DNA of 64,000 nucleotides from an uncultured Planctomycetota bacterium. Lineage in GTDB: Bacteria > Planctomycetota > Planctomycetia > Isosphaerales > Isosphaeraceae. Position 1 is the stretch's first letter. Every line of letters starts with the position of its first letter. The position numbers and the translations under genes were made by a program. Of the stretch, positions 22,512-32,900 are shown piece by piece. The notes under the pieces were generated by a model. The model made no database searches and was not told the origin of the DNA. It saw only the letters and a list, made by a program, of their open reading frames with translations. The stretch lies in the NCBI GenBank assembly GCA_963823665.1, contig CAWGMQ010000010.1:1120001-1184000 (forward strand), in the 5' to 3' direction.

Positions 22512-23327
22512 TCACTTCTTCGGTCGCTTGACGGCCGATGCTTGTTCGCCCCGATGCGCCCGATACGACTTGCCGTTGATCTTCATGATGATCGCTCCGT
22601 CGACAACTCGGTCCAAGAACGCCATTGCCAACGGTGGATCGCCCCAGTAGTCGCCCCATGCGTCGAAGTCGATGTTCGTCACCAATGCCGTCGACCGCCC
22701 ACTGCGGACGTTGATCAGCTTGTACAACAGGCTGGCCGCTTGGGGCGATTCGATCCGTTCCAGTCGGTCGAAGCCGACCTCGTCGAGAATCAACAGATCG
22801 AATTTGGCATAGTATCGCAAGTGGCTCGGCAACGTCTGGTCCGCCAGCGCTGCTGTCAGTTTTTGCAAAATTGAGCTGCTGGTCTCGTACCGCACCCGGT
22901 AACCCAGCACACAGGCACACTGGCCAATCGCTTGGATCAGATGACTTTTGCCGACGCCGCTTTGACCCACCCAAACCAGACTTTGATGCCGGCCGATGAA
23001 CTCCCCTTCGGCTAATGCCTCGATCCGCACTCGATCGATAACCGCCGCATTGAACTGCCAATCGAAGTCAGCCAGCGTTTTGTTTTCAGCGAAGCTGGCT
23101 TCGCGGATACGGTGGGCAATCCTGCGATCACGACGCCCGTTGGCTTGCTCGCTGATCAGCAACCGTAGGAATTCCAGGTGGGATAGCCCGTCGCTCTCGG
23201 CACGGCCTACAACCGCGTCGAGTTGCTCGGACCGCAGGGGAATGCCCAGCACCTCGAAGTCCTCAAGGATCTTCTGGCGCAGTTCCGTCCCCGCCGGCTT
23301 CGCCTTGGGCGCTGGTCGGGTCTTCAT
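22512..23327 (-). CDS. istB: IS21 AAA+ ATPase IstB
   Basis: Walker A GQSGVGKS, Walker B LLILDEVG, C-terminal LDRVV...GKSYR. Confidence 0.95.
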   Translation of the reverse strand: MKTRPAPKAKPAGTELRQKILEDFEVLGIPLRSEQLDAVVGRAESDGLSHLEFLRLLISEQANGRRDRRIAHRIREASFAENKTLADFDWQFNAAVIDRVRIEALAEGEFIGRHQSLVWVGQSGVGKSHLIQAIGQCACVLGYRVRYETSSSILQKLTAALADQTLPSHLRYYAKFDLLILDEVGFDRLERIESPQAASLLYKLINVRSGRSTALVTNIDFDAWGDYWGDPPLAMAFLDRVVDGAIIMKINGKSYRAHRGEQASAVKRPKK

Positions 23328-24825
23328 CCTCGTGCTCCTCCGGCTCGCAAAGGTATTGGTAGCCTGACGTCGGGCGCGGGGACACCTTATCCTCGCCCAG
23401 CCAAGGAGGCAGCGGACGCTCTTCGTCGGCCAGCACCTCCAAGATAGTCTTCGGTCGAGCTTGGACCGACAGGATACGTGCCGCCGCCGCATGAGAATAA
23501 GCACCATATCGGACCGCTCGCTCCAACGCGGCGATCACGTCTGTTCGGGTGTAGGTTCCCAATAGTGCCAGCACTCGCTGCGCCTGGTCCTTACCGTATC
23601 GCTGAACTCTCAGCAGCCCTTCCAGGAACCGACGGCCCACTTCGCCCAGCTCGCCAAAGCGTTCCTCCAGTTGCGCCTGTCGCCGGTGTGTGCTTTCGTT
23701 AGGCCGGTGCTCCTTGTGCACGCTCCGTTGCCCTCTGGCCGTGCGCGGCAACAGCGCGTGCCGGGTGATCTCCTCGACCTGAGGACCGTAAACGATCACC
23801 TCGGTCTCGGTCACCCGCACCGGCAACACGCAGCCGATGTACCGCCAAGGCACTGAGTAGCCGTTCTGGCAGTAAGTGACCAAGCCTTCGACGTCGACTG
23901 TGCGATAGATAACCGGGGCGACCACATAAGCTTGGTTTGGTAACGGGATCAGGTGGGGAAGTTCCTCCTGATGCAGCTGCAAGGGCGTCTTGCCGGCGGC
24001 GCGGAGCTCGCGGACATCCGCGACCTGCGCCAGCCACCAATCGGTGGTCTCATTCAGATGACTGAGCGATTCGAAGCTGCGGCCGTTGAACAAGCTGGTT
24101 TCAACGTAATAAAACGGGCGTTCCACCTTTCCCTTGGTTTGAGGCCGCCGCACGCGGCAGGCCACTGGCCGGAATCCGTAGTGGGTGGCGAAGGCCAGGA
24201 ACCGCGGGTTGTAGATCGGCACGTCATCCTCGTGACCACTGACCACAACTTTCATATTGTCATACAAGCAGGTAGCGGCCACGCCTCCCAGATGCATAAA
24301 GGCCCGCACGTGCTCACGCAGGGTGGTCACCATGTCCTGGGCCTCGACGAAGCGCAGATACTGCCGCCGTGAATAGCCCAGGATGTAGCTGAACAAATTG
24401 ACGCGGCGCCGGCCTTCACAAGTGAAGTCCAGATCGTAGACGGCGTAATCCATCTGAGCCTGGACACCCGGCCCAGTCTCAAAGCGGATGACCGGCTGTG
24501 GTCCCGAGCCCGGACGGAGCTCGCGTAGCCGCTGGCGGACCGTGCTATAGCTGCCCGGGAAGCCCTGCTGGCGCAGCTCTTCCAAGAGCCGTACGCCGGT
24601 CAAATCGGGATATCGGCCCAGGAGCTCGAGGATGACCGGCTCGTAGGGATCGAGCTGGCTGGGTCGTCTGCGCGAGGTCGACGCCTTGCCGGCCCGCTGG
24701 GCATCAATCCCGACAAGCACCCGGCTCACCGTGTTCCGTGCCAGTCCCAACTCGCGGGCGATCTGTCGCATTGATGCACCGCCGCGCCAGCGGCTGACAA
24801 TCTCATTGCGCTTTTGCTCGGTCAT
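23263..24825 (-). CDS. istA: IS21 DDE transposase IstA
   Basis: N-terminal HTH; RFETGPGVQAQMDY, LYDNMK, RPQTKGKVER. Confidence 0.95.
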   Translation of the reverse strand: MTEQKRNEIVSRWRGGASMRQIARELGLARNTVSRVLVGIDAQRAGKASTSRRRPSQLDPYEPVILELLGRYPDLTGVRLLEELRQQGFPGSYSTVRQRLRELRPGSGPQPVIRFETGPGVQAQMDYAVYDLDFTCEGRRRVNLFSYILGYSRRQYLRFVEAQDMVTTLREHVRAFMHLGGVAATCLYDNMKVVVSGHEDDVPIYNPRFLAFATHYGFRPVACRVRRPQTKGKVERPFYYVETSLFNGRSFESLSHLNETTDWWLAQVADVRELRAAGKTPLQLHQEELPHLIPLPNQAYVVAPVIYRTVDVEGLVTYCQNGYSVPWRYIGCVLPVRVTETEVIVYGPQVEEITRHALLPRTARGQRSVHKEHRPNESTHRRQAQLEERFGELGEVGRRFLEGLLRVQRYGKDQAQRVLALLGTYTRTDVIAALERAVRYGAYSHAAAARILSVQARPKTILEVLADEERPLPPWLGEDKVSPRPTSGYQYLCEPEEHEDEDPTSAQGEAGGDGTAPEDP

Positions 24826-25735
24826 GATTGTTCAACTCTCCGATGAGGTCCTGAGCCAAAGAGGCCACGCTGGAGGCATCACGCGCCAACTTGGAGAATG
24901 CTGACGTCAGCACCAAGTGATCGCAGGGGGTCAAGCCGGCGCGGCCCTGACTGCGCAGCCAGGTCTCGATGCGACCCAGGTCCTCAAGGACGTAGGTGAG
25001 ACGTCGCGCCACGCGGTTGCCCGAACTGCTTAGCCTTGGGTCCCAGGCCCAGCCAGTCTCCTCCCGTGCTTGCCGCAAGGCCTGGCGCGGCTGGGCCAAG
25101 ATGTACTCTTCCTGAGTCTGACCGGGCGCCGCTTGGAGCAGATTCACGACGCCATCGAGCTCGGCAGCCGTCAGCTTGTCGCGGCGGAGCGTTGCAAGAA
25201 GCTCAGGTTGGTTGCCGGCCGGCAACCGCACCAGCGAGCGAGCGGCCGTGACCGACAACAGCCCCAATCGCAGGTCGTTCTTGGCCGCGTCGGCCAGCTT
25301 CTCGACCAGGGCCAGCCGACGGCAGACCCAGCTCTTGTGGTGGGAGAGCAGCTCGGCGACCTCCTCCTGCGTCAGACCGTCCTCGCGCACCAAGGCGTGC
25401 ACGATCCAAGCTTCCTCCCACTCTTGAGTCCGCCTGCCGGTTTGATTGAGGCCCAGGATCGTCGCCTTGGCCAGGCGCTCATTAACTTCCACGACCCGCG
25501 TGCTGACGGTCAGGAAACCGAGTGTCTGCGCGGCTGCCAGACGCTTGAAGCCGTCGAGAACCTCGTATCTTTCCTCTCGCAGGCAGACGACTACGGGAGT
25601 TTGCTGTCCATAGCGACTCAGGGATGCCGCCATGGCGGCCTCGGCGTCGGGATCGGGAAGGCGATAGCGCCGATACCGCTGACCCAGTTGATCCACCGCC
25701 ATGAAGCGGATGTCCGTCGTGTACGAGTCTGTCAT
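24803..25735 (-). CDS. ParB/Spo0J-like protein inside IS21
   Basis: SLSRYGQQTPVVV...VLDGFKRLAAA (ParB GxxRxxA box) and HTH LTQEEVAELLSHHKSWVCRRLAL; overlaps the istA start. Confidence 0.85.
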   Translation of the reverse strand: MTDSYTTDIRFMAVDQLGQRYRRYRLPDPDAEAAMAASLSRYGQQTPVVVCLREERYEVLDGFKRLAAAQTLGFLTVSTRVVEVNERLAKATILGLNQTGRRTQEWEEAWIVHALVREDGLTQEEVAELLSHHKSWVCRRLALVEKLADAAKNDLRLGLLSVTAARSLVRLPAGNQPELLATLRRDKLTAAELDGVVNLLQAAPGQTQEEYILAQPRQALRQAREETGWAWDPRLSSSGNRVARRLTYVLEDLGRIETWLRSQGRAGLTPCDHLVLTSAFSKLARDASSVASLAQDLIGELNNHDRAKAQ

Positions 25736-25840
25736 GAGAAACCTGGTCACAAAGGCCCAATCCGAGTAAGGAAACGGGAGACCGGAGGGCCCGGCCCTCC
25801 CGCTTCCTCCTCGGTTCTTGGGCAAGAACAAACATAAGTA

Positions 25841-26557
25841 TTAGGGGGTAACGTCCTCTATACGTGACGACATGAGAAGGGGATGTTGAGGCGGTCCGCG
25901 GCGATGCATATAACGGGGAAGAACCCCGCGCCGGCGTCGTTGCCGGAGTCGAAGTTCGCGTTGTCGAACTCGTCGTAACGCTTGGTGGCACGAGTAGGAA
26001 CAGAATTTCTGATCGGGAGAACGCCCCGAGGGAAGGAATAACATGTAGCAGCCAGGTCTGTGGCAAGGCAGACCGCAAGATTGTTCGGGTATTTTGGCTG
26101 GGCGCTGGCCCTCGGCGGGTGTTGAGGCGAGCGGAGGCGGCTCGGATGCGGTGGATGTCTGCGACTCGACGACTGGGGAAGTCAGCTCGACGTCGCAGGC
26201 TGGCGGCGCCGGTTCAGCAAGAAATGATCGTTGCTGGAGACGGATTCGATAGCGTCGGGCCTGCTCTCGCCGGATTGCCTTCCCATGGGTAGTAGCCTTG
26301 AAGCGCTGGCAGGAAAGCCAGCGGCGCCAGCGGCAGGCGGATTCCTGACAGGCCGGGCTGCAATATCGCGCCTGAGGCCGGCACGGCAAGAACCAGACTT
26401 CACAGCCTTTGAGCAGGCAACGGTGGCAGTTGGGGTGCCAACGCCGAGATCGGGGTGATTGACCCGACGGTGATGCGCGCGGAAACTGAGAATGGCCCAC
26501 GGGAGGGATTGCTCCCGAGCGGTCAGGCGGCGGGAAGGTGGAACTTCCCGCCGCCAC
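25841..26557 (-). CDS. Cys-rich double zinc-finger protein inside IS21
   Basis: Two repeats C-x4-C...F.P...(Y/F)CSxxC (CLLKGC...YCSPAC; CHRPGC...FCSYSC), each followed by an Arg-rich helix. Confidence 0.65.
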   Translation of the reverse strand: MAAGSSTFPPPDRSGAIPPVGHSQFPRASPSGQSPRSRRWHPNCHRCLLKGCEVWFLPCRPQARYCSPACQESACRWRRWLSCQRFKATTHGKAIRREQARRYRIRLQQRSFLAEPAPPACDVELTSPVVESQTSTASEPPPLASTPAEGQRPAKIPEQSCGLPCHRPGCYMLFLPSGRSPDQKFCSYSCHQALRRVRQRELRLRQRRRRGVLPRYMHRRGPPQHPLLMSSRIEDVTP

Positions 26558-26912
26558 TTTGCGCCGTGGATTGAAAGAGCCGTCATCGGCGACTGAGCGG
26601 CAATTACACTCCAGCCTACCTGCATTGAATCACACGTGCCAGAAACTTGGTAAAGACGCTGAGAGAGAGCCAAACCCACCATCGACCGATCGCGGAATGG
26701 CTCAGGTGGCTCTGCGATAATGGCTCAGCGTTTCGTTGCTGCTGACAACGCACCGTACGACTCGCGCCCTACCTGCTGCCGCACGCGCCACGCTCCCAAG
26801 GTCTATTTGTTGGCGCTTCGTTGAGCTCTTTCTCCGGTTCAGCACAGCCCGTATGCGACCTGCACGCCCAGAAGAACTTCAGGTTATCGGTTTTGAGCTC
26901 ACTCTTCGCGGG

Positions 26913-27330
26913 CAAGCAACATTGCTCCTTGAACGGCTACGAGCTTACAATCAAAGGTAGTCGCAAAACGGGGCGGCATGGCGATTGTGACGCTTTCGTT
27001 CCAGAGACTTTGATCGGCTCGGGAGGATAACCAATGGCCACGGTGACCGGTAGGATCTTCAAACTAGCTGATCGTCAGGGCGGCGACGCCTGCGTTCATG
27101 GCACGCGCATTCCGGTTTGGGTTCTGGAGAACTGTCGCCGTCTGGGTATGCCCCATGCCCAAATACTGTCGACGTACCCATCGCTCTCGCCTCCCGACCT
27201 GGAAGCCGCCTGGGATTACGTCGCAGCCAACCGGGAAGAGATCGAGCAGGCCATCCGCGAAAACGAAGAGGGCGACGACGGCCGCGTGGAGTAACGGCGG
27301 ATGCTGCTCTACGCGGACGAGGACTTCGCT
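26913..27330 (+). repeat. About 420-bp direct repeat of 2919-3335 (promoter region + DUF433 + toxin start)
   Basis: High nucleotide identity by eye across the upstream region and gene. Confidence 0.9.
27034..27294 (+). CDS. DUF433 family antitoxin
   Basis: GGDACVHGTRIPVWVL motif; directly upstream of a PIN-like gene. Confidence 0.9.
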   Translation: MATVTGRIFKLADRQGGDACVHGTRIPVWVLENCRRLGMPHAQILSTYPSLSPPDLEAAWDYVAANREEIEQAIRENEEGDDGRVE

Positions 27331-27639
27331 TTTCCCGCGGTCGAGGAACTTCGAGTACGGGGTCACGACGTGCTAACGGCTCAGGAAGACGGTCAAACGG
27401 CGATGCCGGATGCTGTCATTCTGGCCCGCGCCTTTGCGCTTGGTCGTGTCGTTTTGACTCACAATCGACGCCACTACGTACGCCTGCATCATCGAGGGGC
27501 GGCGTACGTCGGTATTCTGGCAGCATCGCAGGATTCCGATCATCTGGCCCTGGCCAGTCGGATCGGTCGTTCTGCGGACACCATACGCAACTGCCCCAGG
27601 AGTTCTGGTGTTCTGCATACCATCATTGACCCAGCCTAA
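27301..27639 (+). CDS. DUF5615 PIN-like toxin (C-terminus possibly replaced)
   Basis: MLLYADEDF...GHDV...PDAVIL...RVVLTHNRRHY. Confidence 0.85.
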   Translation: MLLYADEDFAFPAVEELRVRGHDVLTAQEDGQTAMPDAVILARAFALGRVVLTHNRRHYVRLHHRGAAYVGILAASQDSDHLALASRIGRSADTIRNCPRSSGVLHTIIDPA

Positions 27640-27711
27640 CCGCGCAACCAAAGTTGCCCGGTTCGCGGTTGGGCATGTTTCGCCACGGCCGGAGTCTGCT
27701 AACATCGATTC

Positions 27712-28440
27712 ATGGCGAAAGCGAAGAAGAAACAGCCTTTACGGAAGGCGTCAGAGCCGCCCAGCGAAAGGCCAGTCGAGGCCGTATCCGTCACGTCGGC
27801 AGACAAGCCGCCTCCGGCCACCGGCGAGCTCAGCAAATCGTCGGCCGCTTCTGGCCAATTAGCAACCAGAATCGAGGGAAGCCCCAACGCGGACGAAAAG
27901 CATCGATTACTATACCAAGGTGCGAGCGGTCAGATGGCCGTGATGTCCGAGTTCCTCTTCCGGCTCATCAATGTGGCGGTCCCCGAGGTGGATGTCGGGG
28001 ATGACGTCTTCGTTGTCCGGGAGAAGGACGAAGCGGTTACCCGCGTTCAAGTCAAATACGCGGCGGCGGACGAACAGCAGAACGGCGAATATGTCGCACA
28101 ATTCTCGCTCCCATGGAAGCAGCTCGATCGGCCGGACGACACGCCGGCTCTGGTTTACGTGCTTGCCGTCCGATACACCCAAAAATGGACCGATTTCATC
28201 GTAGTCCGACGTTCGGTCCTGCGGCAGTTACAAGCAAAGTATGCTGTAGGGTCTATAGCCAAGAAAGACGGGGATGCGGTTGCTCTGGCGCTGCGACTCG
28301 TGTTCACGACGGAGAGCGTGAAGGGCAAAGGAAAGTTCTCGTTTCAGCCGCACCGAAACGCGTTTGATCCTTGGCCGCCACCTCAGCTATCTAACGAGGC
28401 CGAAGTATCAACGCTGGGAAAGGACGTTAGCGAGCGCTGA
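27712..28440 (+). CDS. Putative PD-(D/E)xK nuclease-fold protein
   Basis: GQMAVMSEF...DVGDDVFV...RVQVKY pattern. Confidence 0.6.
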   Translation: MAKAKKKQPLRKASEPPSERPVEAVSVTSADKPPPATGELSKSSAASGQLATRIEGSPNADEKHRLLYQGASGQMAVMSEFLFRLINVAVPEVDVGDDVFVVREKDEAVTRVQVKYAAADEQQNGEYVAQFSLPWKQLDRPDDTPALVYVLAVRYTQKWTDFIVVRRSVLRQLQAKYAVGSIAKKDGDAVALALRLVFTTESVKGKGKFSFQPHRNAFDPWPPPQLSNEAEVSTLGKDVSER

Positions 28441-28456
28441 GCGCGGACGCGTCTCC

Positions 28457-29002
28457 TCATGTCTTAAGCGGCTCGTCATGAAATACCCTCTTCCCGGCGG
28501 GGTCTACCACTCGGTAACCTCCCAGGCTTTCGATTTGCGGCTCGGACAGTCCAGTCAGAATCATCGCGACCTGGTCCAAAATCGGTCCGTGTGCCGTCTC
28601 GAGGTCGAATTGAGTGATCGTGGCAATGAAAAGATTCGGGGCGAGGTTGGCTCCAGGAAAGCTCTTGAGGATCAGATTTCGGCTCGTCGGGCTCAGACTG
28701 TAGTTACACCCGTCGCTGCGACAACTTACGAGGATCTCGATTGGGCCCAATGGTCCCGGTACGCCGCCATGTGGCAACGGATACACTTGCCACCTGTCAT
28801 TCTCGGTATCGCACCTGAGCTCGGCCGCAAACTTCTTGGCTGCTGATTCCTTATCCCAAGCGTAAAGCCACCTCTTTTTTGTCACCGGGTCCGCGACTCG
28901 TTGGGCGTTGGCAACATTGACGCCGTTTTTCTCCAAGAGGCGAATGTACGCTTCGAACTCGAAGTCACGAGCGCCACCCGGAAGACTGACGGTGAAAACC
29001 AT
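28457..29002 (-). CDS. Hypothetical protein
   Basis: 181-aa ORF with normal composition and GGAG upstream. Confidence 0.7.
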   Translation of the reverse strand: MVFTVSLPGGARDFEFEAYIRLLEKNGVNVANAQRVADPVTKKRWLYAWDKESAAKKFAAELRCDTENDRWQVYPLPHGGVPGPLGPIEILVSCRSDGCNYSLSPTSRNLILKSFPGANLAPNLFIATITQFDLETAHGPILDQVAMILTGLSEPQIESLGGYRVVDPAGKRVFHDEPLKT

Positions 29003-29507
29003 GACATCATTCTCCGGGCCTACAGGTCGTACGATTGGCGATGACTGCTGTTCCAGATATTATACAGCGAGTTGACTCGGCATTCAGCCTCGTCGCCGCG
29101 ATTGTGCGTTGAGCCGCGAACGTGTCCGAACGGAAGGTTCCGAGCTTCGGTGGACACCATAATGATCTGCACTCCGCCTGGCCCCGGGCCGCATCATGAC
29201 CATCACCCTTCTTGAGTCCTTCGCATTGCCAATTGGCGCGGGCGAGAGTGGACTCGGGTTCCCGGGCACACCATGCCGACCTCCAACTTCGCCTGGCTCC
29301 AGGCCGCGCCATGGCGATCATCCTAGACCGGCGGGACAGCCAATCGGCACCGCCGAGAGTCGGCCCGAAGAGGTCCCGATCGCCGGGCTGCGATTCGAGA
29401 AGTAGGGCCGCAGGGCGTGGTTCGCGAAGGTCGACGCGGGCGAGCCCTGCTGGCTTTCACGGACTGGCGAACAACGAATCCGGCCGTGATTCGCCTCGAG
29501 CAACGAA

Positions 29508-29576
29508 TACCGAAGGTGGGACTTGGACCCACACCCCCATTACAGGGACCGGATTTTGAGTCCGGCGCGTCTGCCA
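29508..29576 (-). mobile_element. tRNA-Leu(CAA) 3' fragment (att-site remnant 3)
   Basis: Revcomp TGGCAGACGCGCCGGACTCAAAATCCGG...GTGTGGGTCCAAGTCCCACCTTCGGTA; adjacent 29590-29680 homologous to 4980-5060. Confidence 0.8.
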
Positions 29577-29917
29577 TCCGTCTGACGTTGGGCTGATGTT
29601 GATTTGACGTTGATTTCAGTGATTTCGCAGGGGTTTACGATAACCCCCGCTGTGATTCGCATTGTAGTCGCATTGGGCTGGCATGGGCAACATGTGCAGA
29701 AGGATTGCAGAAAGGCTATCACTTTGTCGGGCGAATGAAAGTGAGGGTGGGTGCCCATGACCGCGGCAGAGGAGCGCTGCTGCGCCGACGTCGCACTTGG
29801 TTCATCAGCCGAGCGCCAAGGTCCTGGCCACGGTGCCGTCCCCCTGAGGGAAGGTCCGGACACTGGCCCCGCCTCTGGTGCTGTTGCGGACTGATCCATC
29901 TCTTCCCAGACACGCGG

Positions 29918-32900
29918 TCATTTCGTGTGGGGCTGCGCCGCACCGGCGGGGGTCGCGTCAAACTGGATCAAGGCCTTCGCTTCCTTGTAGGCCAGCCACA
30001 TGATCAGCTCGTCCGCGTCGGCACCGCCGGCCAGCGGTTTCTGCTCGTCGACGGGCAGCGGTTTCATCTTCGCGGCCGCTTCGGTCGCGAGCTTGCGGGC
30101 AAGCTCGGTCTTCCCCTGTCGAAACAGGCCCATCGCGCGGTAGAACGCGGAGGTGCTTGATACAGTGTTATTCTTACCTGGATCATTCATCGCCGCGGTC
30201 AAAGCGGCGTCGGCTTCCGCGAAGTGTCCGCTACGGTATTCTGCCATGCCGAGGGCCATCTCGAAATAAACCAGCCACTGGGAACCCTTTCCATGTTCCA
30301 CCGCGCGACGGGCGAGAACCAGCGCGGATTCGCACCGCTTGGGGTCGGCCTGGCGCAGGCTGCAACACTTCGCCGCCTTGTCGGCGAGCCCGAGATGTTC
30401 CGTCTCTTTCGCGAGCGAAAGAAGTTTCTCACAAGTGGAGGAAAGCTCCTTGTCCTGCCCAAACCACGCGTGGAGGGCAGCTACCTTCAAATAGTGGTTG
30501 GACAGGCCATCGCGGAGATCGAGGTCAGAGGGGTTGTCGTCGACCAGTTTCTGCCGGATCGTCAGGGCCTTGCGGAACTCGGCCTCCGCCTCCGCTGGCC
30601 TGCCCGTGCCCGACAGCAGGATGCCGAGGTTGAGGTGGCTGTCCGCCAGTTCGCTGCGGTAGTCGGCCAGCTTCTGCCAGAGTGCCAGCGCCTTGCGGTA
30701 CTCGGCCTCCGCCTCCACTGGCTTGCCGGTCTTCGACAGCAGGTCGGCGAGCGCGCGGTGACTCCACGCCAGGTCGCTGCGGTTCCGAGTGACGGCGGGG
30801 TCGTCGTCGGCCAGCTTCTGGTAGAGCGCCATCGCCTTGCGGTACTCGGCCTCCGCCTCCGCCAGCTTGCCCGTGTTCCACAGCAGGCCGCCGTGGTGGA
30901 AATGGGTCAGCGCCAGGGAAAAGCGGAAGCGGGACTCGGCGGGTTGGTCGTCGGCCAGCTTCTGGTAGAGCGCCAGCGCCGTGCGGTACTCGGCCGCCGC
31001 CTCCGCTGGCTTGCCCGTCCTCGACAGCAAGTAGCCGAGGAAGTAGTGGCTGTGCGCCAGGGAGAAGCGGAAGCCGGTGACGGCGGGGTTGTCGTCGGCC
31101 AACTTCTGGTGGAGCGCCAGTGCGTTGCGGAGCTCGGCCTCCGCCTTCGCCGGCTTGCCTGTCCTCGACAGCAAGAAGCCGAGGTCGTGGTGACTCGACG
31201 CCAGGCTGCTGCGGAAGCCGGTGACGGCGGGGTTGTCGTCGGCCAGCTTCTGCTGGATTTGCAGCGCCGTGCGGTATTCCGCCTCCGCCTCCGCCGGCTT
31301 GCCCCAGGCCGACCGGTAGGCGAGGCCGTTGTGGATGCCCGCCAGGCTGCTGTGGAAACTGGTGACGGCGGGGTTGTCGTCGGCCAGCTTCTGCCAGAGT
31401 GCCAGCGCCTTGCGGAACTCGGCCTCCGCCTCCGCCGGCTTGCCCGTGTTCGACAGCCGCCACCCGAGGTTTTCGTGGCTGACCGCCAGGCCGCTGCGGA
31501 ATTCGGTGACGGCGGGGTTGTCGTCGGCCAGCTTCCGCCAGAGTACCAGCGACTTGCGGTACTCGGCCTCCGCCTCCGCCTGCTTGCCCGTGTTCAACAG
31601 CCGCAACCCGAGGTCGTTGTGGGTCCACGCCAGGTCGCTGCGGAATTGGGTGACGGCGGGGTTGCCGTCGGCCAGCTTCTGGTAGAGCGCCAGCGCCCAG
31701 CGGTACTCGGCTTCCGCCTCCGTTGGCTTTCCCGTCTCCGCCAGCAGGCTGCCGATGCGATAGATGGTGTCCGCCAGGTCGTGGCGGGCGTCGCCCGAGG
31801 CTTCGGGAGCGGCGGCCAGCGCCTCCTGGTCGGCCCGCGCCAGCCGGTAGGCCGCCAGGGCGTCGGCGGACTTGCCCGTGGCCTTCAGGAGCCAACCCAT
31901 TTGCGACCGGCAGGCCGCCAACGCGGCCCGCGCCGACGGATCGGCACCCGCCGGGCCGGCCAGCAGCGACTCCGACCGCCGGTAGGATGCTAGCGCCTCG
32001 TCCGTCTTGCCGGTTGCTTCGAGCAGCCATGCGACCGCGGTCAAGCTGCGCCCGACGTCGACCTTGGCCACGACGCCGGCCCCCGGCTCGGCCGCCAGCG
32101 CCTCGCGAGCCGCCAGGACCGCACGATGCACCGCCAAGGCGTCCTCGTTGCGGCCGACCTTGCCCGTCAGCTCGGCCAGTTCGAAGTTGGACTGCGCCAG
32201 GGCCCGCCGCGAGGCGATGTCGGTATCCTTGCCGAGCAGGGCGCCGAGCTTGCCGTAGAAGTCCGAGGCCGATTTCAAGAGCCGGTCGCGCAGCTCCTTG
32301 AATTTCTCCTCCTTGAGCAGGAAGTCCTCACTCACGCCGGTGTGAAATGTCTTGATCGCGTCCATTGCCAGCTTGTACCGCGCCTCCACGGCCGCACGTG
32401 ATTTGGTGAGCTGGCCGTTGGCTTCATTCAGGGCCGTGTTCGCGTTCGTTTCTCTCGTCAGCGACGCGGCGAGCCTGGCGTTGGCCACCGTCTGCACAGC
32501 CGCCACCGCGGCCAAGCCGCCCAGCAGCGATAGCAGCACCAGGCTGGCGGCGAGCACCCCGTTGCCATGCCTGCGGACGAATTTCTTCGTTCGGTAGACC
32601 CGACTCGGCGGCGCGGCCAGTACCGGCTCGGACGAAAGGTGCCGAGTGATGTCGGCGGCGAAGCCGTTGGCTGTCTCGTACCGCCGGGTGCGATCCTTCT
32701 CCAATGCCTTCATCACGATCCAGTCGAGATCACCCGTCAGCGCCCGCTTCAAATGTGTGGGATCGATGCTGCGACCGGCCGCGATGTTGGGCAGCCCTTC
32801 CGCCGTGCTCACCTTCGTGCTCGGACGGGGCGGATCGACCTCCCGCACCATGCGCAGCATCTCCAGCAGCGCACCTCGCTTGAACTGCGATGGATCCAGC

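Larger units (their letters stand above)
22341..26747 (-). mobile_element. IS21-family element, 4407 bp, four ORFs
   Basis: Imperfect terminal IRs (tttcaacggcagccaggaagtgagccactttcgcag / revcomp tgtcagcagcaacgaaacgctgagccattatcgcag), subterminal TGAGCCA repeats, 6-bp TSD ACGCAC at 22335-22340 and 26748-26753. Confidence 0.9.

Noticed and set aside
29508..29595. Functional tRNA-Leu gene
   Set aside because: No 5' acceptor strand complementary to CTTCGGT and the T-loop is altered; treated as an att fragment
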